From positions 1 to 52,166 of IMG/VR virus record IMGVR_UViG_3300032288_002130: 52,166 nt of DNA; one strand, 5' to 3'. Positions 25,920 through 35,300 of the stretch are shown piece after piece. Position 1 is the first letter of the stretch, and each line of letters begins with the position of its first letter. Under the pieces are notes generated by a model. That model had not been told where the DNA came from, did no database searches, and saw only the letters and a list, made by a program, of their open reading frames with translations. A program made the translations under genes and the position numbers. The stretch is from a virus (taxonomy: Duplodnaviria > Caudoviricetes).

Positions 25920-26951
25920 ATGGCTGTATACGTTACTATTAAAAACGGCGAGTACCGCAAGTATACTGTAATGAACCGTACCCTGCGTATGGTTCAGGAC
26001 TATCGCGAAGCTAGCAAAGGTGGCTATGTCACTGTTATTGCTGATGACTTTTTTGGCGAATACGAAGGCAAGCAGATTCGCGTGAAAGTTTCTAGTCGCA
26101 AGGACTATGAAATCGCTGAAGGTCAAAACGAACTGGCAGGTGCTATTGCAGGCACTAGCAAAGAATCCAAAGTTGAAGAAAGCGAAGAAGCGGCTATTGC
26201 TCGCATCCGTGACCGCTTTGAAATTCTCAACGAAATGACACAGGCCTCTGTTGATGGTACTGTTCGTGCTATGATTGTTAGTGGCCCTCCCGGTGTTGGT
26301 AAATCCTTTGGTGTTGAACGTGTTCTTGAACAGAACGCTCTGTTTGACAAGATCGCCAACAAACGTGCTCGTTTCGAAGTTGTCAAGGGCGCAATGAGTG
26401 CTATTGGTCTGTACTGCAAACTGTTCAGCTTCGCTGACAGCGGCAACGTGCTGGTGTTTGACGACTGTGACAGCATCCTGCTGGACGACCTGTCGCTGAA
26501 CATTTTGAAGGCCGCACTTGACAGTGGTAGCAAACGTACTATTTCTTGGAACACTGACAGCTCCATGTTGCGTCGTGAAGGCGTGCCGGATCGCTTCGAG
26601 TTCAAAGGTACTGTAATCTTTATTACTAACATCAAGTTCGAGCACGTTCGTAGCCAAAAGCTCAAGGATCACTTGGACGCACTGGAAAGCCGTTGTCACT
26701 ATCTGGACCTGACGCTGGATACTCCCCGCGACAAGCTTCTGCGTATCAAGCAGATCATCCAAGATGGTATGCTGGACAAGTATGATTTTACTGACGACGA
26801 GAAGGCTCGTGTTATTGACTGGGTGTGGGCCAAGCGTGAGCAGTTGCGTGAACTGAGCCTGCGTACTGTTCTTAAGGTTGCTGACCTTGCTAAAATGAAG
26901 CCCATGGGTTGGGAACGTTTGGCAGAGATCACGGTGCTCAAGCGAGCATAA
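25920..26951 (+). CDS. AAA+ family ATPase
   Basis: GPPGVGKS Walker A, VLVFDDCD Walker B, IFITN sensor I, ALESR arginine finger; GAGGA RBS before ATG 25920. Confidence 0.9.
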   Translation: MAVYVTIKNGEYRKYTVMNRTLRMVQDYREASKGGYVTVIADDFFGEYEGKQIRVKVSSRKDYEIAEGQNELAGAIAGTSKESKVEESEEAAIARIRDRFEILNEMTQASVDGTVRAMIVSGPPGVGKSFGVERVLEQNALFDKIANKRARFEVVKGAMSAIGLYCKLFSFADSGNVLVFDDCDSILLDDLSLNILKAALDSGSKRTISWNTDSSMLRREGVPDRFEFKGTVIFITNIKFEHVRSQKLKDHLDALESRCHYLDLTLDTPRDKLLRIKQIIQDGMLDKYDFTDDEKARVIDWVWAKREQLRELSLRTVLKVADLAKMKPMGWERLAEITVLKRA

Positions 26952-26976
26952 CTAATCTACCTTGCAGTAGATCTTT

Positions 26977-27002
26977 GACCCGCTCCGGCGGGTCTTTTTT
27001 TT
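26977..27002 (+). terminator. Rho-independent terminator
   Basis: GACCCGC-TCCG-GCGGGTC then T8. Confidence 0.9.
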
Positions 27003-27065
27003 GACTTTGGTAAAAATAATTTGGAAAAAACTAGGTCAAAAAGCATATATACTATACTACCACTC

Positions 27066-27094
27066 TTGATTCTTCATTAAAGATCGTGTACACT
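27066..27094 (+). promoter_or_regulatory. Sigma70-type promoter of uvsW
   Basis: TTGATT-17 nt-TACACT; ATG 8 nt later. Confidence 0.5.
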
Positions 27095-27101
27095 AGCGAG
27101 T

Positions 27102-28556
27102 ATGACAAATTGCGTAATACAGATTAAAGATGAAGTAAACGTAAAAATACATGGACTCGATCCCGGAATTCGACGGGACTTGGAAAAGAAGCTAAAGTTT
27201 TTTCAGCCTCATGCGTATCATACACCTGCATACAAGTTAGGTCGATGGGACGGATGCGTAGGCTTCTTTAGTTTATCGGGCGCCACTTATTTAAATTTAC
27301 TTGATCGAATACTGCCTACTATTATCGACGAAGGCTATGCAGTAGAAATACAAGACGATAGACCAAGTCACGACTTCAAATTTGATGTTGTTACCGAAGA
27401 GTTTCATGAAGGCAAAGTGTGGCCAAAAGGGCATGTTAAAGAAGGTCAGCCTATTGAGCTTAGAGACTATCAAGTAGAGATTTGCAATAACTTTGCTAAC
27501 AACTTACAATGTATCCAAGAAGTAGCAACAGGCGCCGGCAAAACTATCATGACTGCGACTATGAGCATGATGGTGGAGCCCTATGGACGCACTATTGTTA
27601 TAGTGCCAAACAAAGATCTTGTTAGGCAAACAGAAGAAGATTATATTAATTTAGGATTAGATGTAGGTGTATATTTTGGAGACAAAAAAGACTTAGGCAA
27701 AACACATACTATTGCTACTTGGCAAAGTTTGATGAGCTTAGAGAAACGGTATGCTGAAGGTACCAGCGAGTTGAGCCTAGATGAATTCGCAGAAGGCATA
27801 GTAGCAGTAATAGTCGATGAAGTACATATGGCCAAAGCTGATGTGCTAAAAAAGCTATTATCGGGCTCTTTTGCCAAGTGTCCTATTCGTTGGGGATTGA
27901 CTGGAACCGTACCTAAGGCAGATTATGAACAGGCTACTCTAACAGCCTGCATAGGTAATGTTATTCATTATCTAAGTGCTAGTCAATTGCAAGAGCAAGG
28001 CGTACTAGCAGAGTGTCAAGTAAACATTGTGCAGTTACAAGACACAGTAGAGTACCCAACATATCAAGAAGAACTGACCTATTTAACAACTAACGCAAAG
28101 CGAATTAACTATCTAGCTACACTGATAAAAACTATCAGTGAAAGCGGTAATGTGCTAGTACTAGTAGACAGAGTAAAGTCTGGAGAGATGCTAGTAGAGC
28201 AATTAGATGACAGTGTATTTGTCAGCGGCACAATGAACAGCAAGAACAGAAAGTCCGAATATGACGAAGTTAAAACAGCTACTAATAAGATTATTGTGGC
28301 GACTTATGGTGTGGCCGCTGTGGGTATTAATATCCCTAGGATTTTTAATTTGGTTCTGGTGGAACCCGGAAAGAGCTTTGTCAGAGTTATACAAAGCATT
28401 GGGCGAGGTATTAGGAAAGCAGAAGACAAGGACTTCGTCCAGATCTGGGATATAACTAGTACAGCAAAATTTGCCAAGCGTCACCTAACAGTTAGGAAAA
28501 AATACTACCAAGAGGCCAAGTATCCTTATGTAATAGAAAAAGTACAATATAGATGA
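27102..28556 (+). CDS. uvsW: SF2 DNA helicase UvsW
   Basis: GRWDG, LRDYQ, ATGAGKT, DEVH, GLTGT, QSIGRGIR motifs. Confidence 0.93.
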   Translation: MTNCVIQIKDEVNVKIHGLDPGIRRDLEKKLKFFQPHAYHTPAYKLGRWDGCVGFFSLSGATYLNLLDRILPTIIDEGYAVEIQDDRPSHDFKFDVVTEEFHEGKVWPKGHVKEGQPIELRDYQVEICNNFANNLQCIQEVATGAGKTIMTATMSMMVEPYGRTIVIVPNKDLVRQTEEDYINLGLDVGVYFGDKKDLGKTHTIATWQSLMSLEKRYAEGTSELSLDEFAEGIVAVIVDEVHMAKADVLKKLLSGSFAKCPIRWGLTGTVPKADYEQATLTACIGNVIHYLSASQLQEQGVLAECQVNIVQLQDTVEYPTYQEELTYLTTNAKRINYLATLIKTISESGNVLVLVDRVKSGEMLVEQLDDSVFVSGTMNSKNRKSEYDEVKTATNKIIVATYGVAAVGINIPRIFNLVLVEPGKSFVRVIQSIGRGIRKAEDKDFVQIWDITSTAKFAKRHLTVRKKYYQEAKYPYVIEKVQYR

Positions 28557-29056
28557 GTAGAATTTTAACAATAGACAACGAGTTATTCGATATGAATAAC
28601 TTGCCAGATGAGATAGACGATTTAAGATACGGCGTACTAGATTACAGTGATCCAAACAATGTAGATTATTTGTTTGTACCCTTAGTGTTTTTAGAAAGCT
28701 TCAATGCCCCTAGTGCAGTAATGCGTATAGGTCGTCATCAATTTCAAATGCCATTAGATTGGAGTATGATTATTGGGGAGCCAGAAATAGGAGAACCAGA
28801 AATTGTTCCGATTATGAGTTTGAACGATAGGGGTTTTAAAGCGTTTATCCTAAATCCTTTTACTGCTTACATGCCTAAGTTTGAAACAGTAGAGATTGTA
28901 AATGTCTATCCAGAGATCAAGTGGTATTTTCCTAAACTCAAATACGGACATTTATTAACTGTACCGTTATGCGAAGGACCAAATCCTCCCTGCGCTTATT
29001 TCGTCAAAGAAACACAAAAGTTACCTGAAATACTTGAACTGCATAAACTATTCTAA
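28553..29056 (+). CDS. Hypothetical beta-rich protein (possible degenerate Hint fold)
   Basis: ATGA-coupled to uvsW, 167 aa; fold guess from residue pattern only. Confidence 0.7.
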   Translation: MSRILTIDNELFDMNNLPDEIDDLRYGVLDYSDPNNVDYLFVPLVFLESFNAPSAVMRIGRHQFQMPLDWSMIIGEPEIGEPEIVPIMSLNDRGFKAFILNPFTAYMPKFETVEIVNVYPEIKWYFPKLKYGHLLTVPLCEGPNPPCAYFVKETQKLPEILELHKLF

Positions 29057-29062
29057 TATAAT
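29034..29062 (+). promoter_or_regulatory. Sigma70-type promoter of the mini-polymerase operon
   Basis: TTGAAC-17 nt-TATAAT; ATG 6 nt later, no RBS. Confidence 0.6.
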
Positions 29063-29067
29063 ACAAT

Positions 29068-29544
29068 ATGGCTACCGTAAAAGATCATAAGATTAATCTA
29101 ACAACAATGCTAGGGGCAATGGACCGCCGCCAAGTAGATTGGTTTGATAAGTTAGACGAAGATCAAAAGAAGGAATTTGAGCCGTGGATGGCTATGCGTT
29201 TTTGTAGTAGTGCTGATGGCAGTCAAGGCATCAAAGAGCATTACTTACTATGCACTAATGATTTTGTTAATAAGAATTTCGGTGCTATTAGTCTTAAAGA
29301 ACATAAAGAGTTACACTGGTTAAGTTTGCGTACAGTAGGTATAGGTAAAAGTGTTATACATCCTTTTATCAAACCACCCAAACGTGCTCCAAAAAATAAA
29401 CTACAAACTTGGCTAACTGAACAGTTTCCACACCTTAGCAATGACGAAATAGATCTTATGATTTCTGTTAACACTAAAGAAGCGTTAATGGATTATGCTA
29501 GACAATTAAACCTTGACCCAAAACAAATTAAAGAATTGTTTTAA
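29068..29544 (+). CDS. Putative clamp-loader small subunit (gp62-like)
   Basis: EFEPWMAMRFCS...HPFIKPPK...EQFPHLS pattern resembles gp62-type helical subunits; weak. Confidence 0.45.
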   Translation: MATVKDHKINLTTMLGAMDRRQVDWFDKLDEDQKKEFEPWMAMRFCSSADGSQGIKEHYLLCTNDFVNKNFGAISLKEHKELHWLSLRTVGIGKSVIHPFIKPPKRAPKNKLQTWLTEQFPHLSNDEIDLMISVNTKEALMDYARQLNLDPKQIKELF

Positions 29545-30218
29545 TGCATCAATGTAAGTATTGTAAAAAATCATTTGCCAAAGAGTCTACACTAATGACT
29601 CATATGTGCGAGAAAAAACGTAGGAAAATGGGCGAGTATGATAAAGTTAATCGCTTGGCATTTAACATATGGTTAAAGTTTTGTAAGTTTGCCAGTCCTA
29701 CAAGTAAGAAACAAAAAACATATGATGACTTTATTGACAATAGATATTACACTGGTTTTTTAAAATTTGCCAGACATTGTATGGACCTAAGTCCTTATGA
29801 TTTGGAAAGTTTTGTAGACTTTATATTTCGCAATGCAGTAAAGATGGATGACTGGTGCAAGAACTATGTCTATGAAATGTATGTGAGAGAAAACAATAAA
29901 AAGGAATCTGTTGACAGAGCCGCAGAGCGTGTTATATTATTAATGCAAAACTGGAGCGAACAAACAGGCCATCCTTGGACAGAGTTCTTTGATCAAGTAA
30001 ACACTAATCAAGCTACCCAGTGGATTATTACTGGTAGAATCAGTCCATGGATAATATATGGCAGTCAAGCAGGACAACGATTAGTTGATAGATTAAATGA
30101 AGAACAGTTAATGTTAGTAGCAGAAAACATAGAGCCAAAGTATTGGCAGTTTAGACTAGCACGTAACAAACAAGACACAGAGTGGATTGAACAAACTTTT
30201 AATAAGGCAGGAATATGA
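29544..30218 (+). CDS. Protein with N-terminal C2H2-like zinc finger
   Basis: CKYCKKSFAKESTLMTHMC = C-x2-C-x3-F-x5-L-x2-H-x-C. Confidence 0.75.
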   Translation: MHQCKYCKKSFAKESTLMTHMCEKKRRKMGEYDKVNRLAFNIWLKFCKFASPTSKKQKTYDDFIDNRYYTGFLKFARHCMDLSPYDLESFVDFIFRNAVKMDDWCKNYVYEMYVRENNKKESVDRAAERVILLMQNWSEQTGHPWTEFFDQVNTNQATQWIITGRISPWIIYGSQAGQRLVDRLNEEQLMLVAENIEPKYWQFRLARNKQDTEWIEQTFNKAGI

Positions 30219-30457
30219 ATTCAAATCAGTATAATAAACCTATGCCCAAACGCACACCAACACCTAAGCCAGCCATGCAGGTTGCAGTACTTAACGAAGC
30301 AGTCAAAGAAGTAACCATTGACGGCAAAAGTGTAAAGTTAGCCGACCCCAAGTATGTTAAAAAGTTAGAAACTAGGATTGAAAGACTAGAAACTAAGTTA
30401 GCTAATTTGGCTGAACAAAATCGTTGGCTTATGCAACAAGTTAAGAAAATTAAATGA
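30215..30457 (+). CDS. Small coiled-coil protein
   Basis: Heptad YVKKLETRIERLETKLANL; ATGA overlaps at both ends. Confidence 0.7.
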   Translation: MNSNQYNKPMPKRTPTPKPAMQVAVLNEAVKEVTIDGKSVKLADPKYVKKLETRIERLETKLANLAEQNRWLMQQVKKIK

Positions 30458-31041
30458 TTAACAGTACCGACATTGATATTGACGTAGCAGACAGAGATCA
30501 ACTGCTAAAATTAGTTCCCCATGTGTCGGCAATGCAACGCGACGGAGAACGTCAGCGTAAACATAATACCGGGGTATATTTTCACCAAGCTCCTATTAAT
30601 CCACTAACAGGTATGTGTAGCATCGACTATAACGAAGCCGAGCAAGTTGGTTATTTTAAGATAGACATACTTAATGTTGGACTTTATAAAAACATTACCG
30701 ATCCTAATCACTTAGACAAGTTGGCTGCTCAAGAACCTATGTGGGAGTTGTTGGAGCAACCTGAAATTGTAAGCCAACTGTTTCATTTAAGCAACCACAG
30801 TGAAATTACTTGTGCGATGAAACCCAAGAGTCTAGAAGAATTAGCTATGTTGCTGGCTATCATTCGTCCAGGGAAAAGTCATTTGAGATATAAGCCATGG
30901 TCGGAGGTTCGCAGTCAAGTGTGGAACAAGCCTGAAGATGGCAGTTATTACTTTAAGAAAAGCCATAGCTTTGGATATGCAATGGCCATTGTAGTGCAGT
31001 TGAATTTAATAGTAGAGCAACTATTAAACGCTAAAACTTGA
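30454..31041 (+). CDS. Minimal family-C (DnaE / Pol III alpha-like) DNA polymerase core
   Basis: [51 protein letters not shown] are collinear with the DnaE motifs PDFDVD, KHAGGV, GLVKFDFLGL, VFQL, ALFRPG, YGFNKSH. Confidence 0.85.
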   Translation: MINSTDIDIDVADRDQLLKLVPHVSAMQRDGERQRKHNTGVYFHQAPINPLTGMCSIDYNEAEQVGYFKIDILNVGLYKNITDPNHLDKLAAQEPMWELLEQPEIVSQLFHLSNHSEITCAMKPKSLEELAMLLAIIRPGKSHLRYKPWSEVRSQVWNKPEDGSYYFKKSHSFGYAMAIVVQLNLIVEQLLNAKT

Positions 31042-31347
31042 TCCGCAACCGCAGGTTGTTTGGGCATTGGGATTGTTAATTACAAACTGCTTGCTCATAA
31101 AGTCGTCCAAGTAATCAATCTGTGCTCCTTCCAAATACTGAGCACTCATACTGTCTACTAAAATATCAATTCCTTCGCGACCTACATTCCAGTCATCTTC
31201 GGCTTTTTCAGTATCTAGAGCAAACCCATATTGAAATCCCGAGCATCCTCCGCCTTGTACAAATACCCTAAGACAGGTTCCAGCAGGTTCTGATACCAAA
31301 ACTTCCCGGACAGCATTTATTGCAGATTCGGTGATAACTAAGTTCAT
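31024..31347 (-). CDS. erpA: A-type Fe-S cluster carrier (ErpA/IscA, HesB family)
   Basis: [17 protein letters not shown] and [14 protein letters not shown] with the three conserved Cys. Confidence 0.93.
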   Translation of the reverse strand: MNLVITESAINAVREVLVSEPAGTCLRVFVQGGGCSGFQYGFALDTEKAEDDWNVGREGIDILVDSMSAQYLEGAQIDYLDDFMSKQFVINNPNAQTTCGCGSSFSV

Positions 31348-31748
31348 TCCATTTTCCTTACTAGTTGAATTTGTCTACGTTTAATTCTCTTGGTAATAAT
31401 ATTGCTAAGGCTAACAGTGGGTCCGTATAAAATTTCAAAATCTTTAGGGTTAAATGTCCTTAGGCTGTAGCTAAAGACTTTAAACTTTTCGCCCAAGATT
31501 AAATTAATAGGCAACATTCGATTGCTGGCCCACCACCACTCGTCTCCCATTTCTAAAAAGCTCTGCTTATGCTCATTGCTGTGCAATAAGTTGTACATAT
31601 ACATAGAGACAATGGTGGAGTCTTGATTTTGTATAATACCTACGTATTCGTTCCCGCCGTACCTGCATAGGCTTAAAAATGGGAATCGATCTAGTAATTC
31701 TTGGTATTCTTCCTTCAATGTTGGCATATTTTGTATAAGTTTATCCAC
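31344..31748 (-). CDS. Hypothetical protein
   Basis: Coupled to erpA; start is GTG 31748 or ATG 31727; minus-strand TAAATA at 31752-57. Confidence 0.7.
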   Translation of the reverse strand: MDKLIQNMPTLKEEYQELLDRFPFLSLCRYGGNEYVGIIQNQDSTIVSMYMYNLLHSNEHKQSFLEMGDEWWWASNRMLPINLILGEKFKVFSYSLRTFNPKDFEILYGPTVSLSNIITKRIKRRQIQLVRKME

Positions 31749-31794
31749 ATCTATTTAGCAATAAATATTTTGGAAAAATTAAGGTAAATACAAG

Positions 31795-32343
31795 ATGATT
31801 ACAATATTCCAGCATGTACCACGAATTCAGGTTCTGCTAGCAACCGATCACAAAAACTATAATACGCCTATGAACGACATTAAATTACAAGCAGTCAAAG
31901 GGCTAGACAATCCTTTAGAAATTCAAATATTAAACAGCGACCGAAGGGCTGTAAAATTGCCCGGAAAAACTGTAAAAATGGTACTAAGCAAAGTTGCTGA
32001 CAATAGTGTCTATTTAGAAAAAGCAATGCTAACGGTCAATGCAGATCAGGGAATTTTTCGTAGCGAACTAGCGGGAATTGAGTTAGAAGATGTTCCCGTT
32101 GGGCTAGCACAAATTGCGTTTTATGTGGAAGATCATGCAGGGAAAAAGACTCCGTTAACAAAAAATCTAGCCGGCAAATATGCAGTTGATATCAATATTG
32201 TACAAGGTCCATACACGATTCCTGTAGATGACCTTGAAGATGATTATGGTTTAGTTTCAACAGAAAATAATGCTATAGAAGATTTTGGTTCTATTACAGA
32301 ACCTGTAGAACAATTAGAAGACGAGTTTAGGGATACGCTATGA
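31795..32343 (+). CDS. Putative baseplate / fibre-attachment protein (BppU-like Ig domain)
   Basis: KGLDNPLEIQILN...VKMVL...G.F...L beta pattern; TAAATA boxes at 31762 and 31785; heads the fibre cluster. Confidence 0.5.
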   Translation: MITIFQHVPRIQVLLATDHKNYNTPMNDIKLQAVKGLDNPLEIQILNSDRRAVKLPGKTVKMVLSKVADNSVYLEKAMLTVNADQGIFRSELAGIELEDVPVGLAQIAFYVEDHAGKKTPLTKNLAGKYAVDINIVQGPYTIPVDDLEDDYGLVSTENNAIEDFGSITEPVEQLEDEFRDTL

Positions 32344-35300
32344 CCCAAAGAACAACAAAACAATTAAAATTGCGCCGCGGCAATACAGCCGAGCATTCAA
32401 ATTTTGTAGGAGCAGTAGGAGAAATAACTGTTGATACAGATTTAAAAACCATTAGAGTTCATGACGGTTCTACAGCAGGCGGCTTTCCTTTAATGCGAGG
32501 TGATGCCACTATAAATTCTATACCGTGGACAAGCGTTACTAACCGCCCAACTTTGTTCAGTGGTGCTTATGCTGACTTAACTGGTAAGCCTACATTGTTC
32601 AGCGGTGATTATGCAGACTTAACTAACAAACCTACATTGTTTAGTGGTGATTATGCAGACTTAACTAATAAGCCAACTATTCCTGAAGTTCCAACAGATG
32701 TCAGCGCATTCACTAATGATTCTGAATATGTTACATCTACACAATTGTCTAATTCAACAGCCGGTCTAGTCCAATTGCTAACAAATAGCCTTGCGCTAAA
32801 AGCTAATATTAATCAAATTCCTGTAGTCCCCACCGATGTTAGTGCATTTAATAATGATGCCAACTATGCTACAGAAACGTATGTTAACAATGAAATTAAT
32901 TCACTTATAAATGGTGCTCCTGGTGCGTTAAACACGTTAAACGAACTGTCATTAGCACTGTCGAACGATGAAAACTTTTCAACAACTGTTGTCAACTCTT
33001 TAGCAAACAAAGTAAACTCTGACGATCTTGCACTAGTAGCAACAACAGGTAGTTATACAGACCTAACCAATAAACCGACGGTATTGGCAATTGCTCCGCA
33101 GTGGACTGCCAATCATACATTGTTACCTGGCGGAGAAAATACACGTTATCTAGTAGGAGATGCAGTATATAACAATGGAAATATCTATGTCGCTAATTAT
33201 GAAAACGAAAGCATGCCTGTTAGCGATCCTATATACTGGACAAACATTGGTACAGGAAACCGATTGAATATAGACGGTCGTGATATTCCTAACATTACTT
33301 ACGACCAGTTAACTAATAAGCCAACTATACCAGCTGACGTTAGTGACTTAACTGATACAACTAACTTATTGAGTGGCGGCGGCATTAATACGGGCTATTT
33401 TAGATTTAATAATAACATTTTATATACTAATGCCGGACAAAGCATTTACATTGACCCTAGCAACGACGAAGGAGATACCGGATTTATCTTTGTGCCTGGG
33501 CCAGGCACAGCTGATATAGATCCTGTACAAATTTACAATCAATTGTCAGGCGGTGTACGAATTGGTAGTAGCGATAGTCTTTGGACATTTGGTTCAAGTG
33601 GTACATTGACATTACCAAATAACACAACTGTCGGCAACAATCTAGAAGGTACATATTCAAGTTCGTTCCTTTGTTTACCATGGGGTGTCAACGATCAAAC
33701 CAGCGGACTCTTTTCATCTAATAGTATTACCCGTCCATTGTTTAATCCACTTATCTCCACAATATCCGTTGGATGGTTTGTAAGTGGGCCAGGGTTAAGT
33801 GGCGTTAAAGAAATCACAGATATAGTAGAAATGGGCGAGGGAGATCGAGCATTCATAGTAGATCTAACCGATGGATCACTTTGGGCAGATCTCAGCGTTA
33901 ACATTCCTTACAGATTCTATTCACCAGATTATGCTCTTACACTCAATGGTACTAAATTAACAGTTAATTCAAATGAATGGAAGTTCAATCAAGCCGGTCA
34001 TCTAACTGTACCCGGTGACATTCATGAGAAGGTAGGCAATGATTTAGAAATAGCCGTTCACAATAATCGAAACAATGATGGTACACCCGGTAGTGCAGTT
34101 TTATCATTAACAAATAATGATGCGGTTGACTCCCAGACCTATACAACTCTTGAAGTAGGTGCTTATGGTATTAAGTTAAACACTGACTACGAGGGTGTGT
34201 TTACTGGTGCTAGACGCACATGGGAATTTAAACGAAACGGTACATTAACATTTCCAGATTTAACAGAACAAACTACCGCTTGGACTGGTTCAGTATCTTT
34301 AATAAGTAGCGGACCTACAGCACCCGGTAGTGCTGTTGTGGCTGGAGAAAATGATGTAGATTTTAATTTTAGTGATGGCGTTAGCACAGCAGTTAGTGTA
34401 ACTAGAAACAGTGAAATTGTTTCATCAAAGCCAGCAGGATTAACACTGGCGTCAAATTTTGATGTAAAAATTGTAACAGATTTTACAGATAACAATCGTA
34501 CCTGGACATTTGAAGGCTCAACAGGAAATGTAGAGTTACCGAGAGGTAGTATTATTGGAGAAACAAGCAATACTACAATTATCACACCTCCTACAGCAAC
34601 TCCAGACCAAAGTCTAGTTATTCGTCCAACTGCATCTCAGTGGACTATAGAGTCTAGTGGTTTTGTTGTTTATGGTAGTCCTATTACAATTACTTTAACC
34701 TTGCAAAGCTGGACATACTTTGGAACAGTTAACTATGAAATCACTGGTCCGGGTGTAACCGAGCAATCGCTGGGTCGTCCATTGACTGGTAAATTAATTT
34801 ATGCAGGAGTTTATGGAGGCCCTGATGCACAGTCAGTTACTTGGACTATACCTGCTCAAAGCAATATAACAGAATTTACTTTTACAGTAACTGGAGTTGA
34901 TGGTGTACCATCAACTGGCCCAGGTGAAACAGATCCGGCGTTGTATTATAACTTTGAATTCAATGCAATGCCTACTGGTTATGCTACTACAGTAACTAAC
35001 AACGGCATATCTAACACAGAATTCAGTCATATACATTTAGTAGCCGGAGATCCTGTAACAGTTGACCTTTATCTAGGCGATGACGATCAATATGTTAAGA
35101 TTGAAAAGAATGCTGGCGATGTAGTAATTGGCACTAACGCAAATACTAAAAATTGGAGATTTGGCACAGACGGTATATTAACATTTCCAGGCGGAGCCAA
35201 TATAATAGATCTACCAGGAGCAACATTAGACGATAGTGCATTGATTTTAGGTGCAGGCACTACGATCAATGAAAATGTAAGAGCGGCTCGCATAGCAGTG

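Noticed and set aside
25914-26762. 282-aa antisense ORF and other shadows over the AAA+ gene
   Set aside because: Explained by the biased codon usage of the sense gene, which removes antisense stops; no RBS or motifs.
30454-31041. dnaE pseudogene
   Set aside because: Open frame, coupled start, all catalytic motifs kept and deletions fall between motifs; no adjacent remnants recognised.
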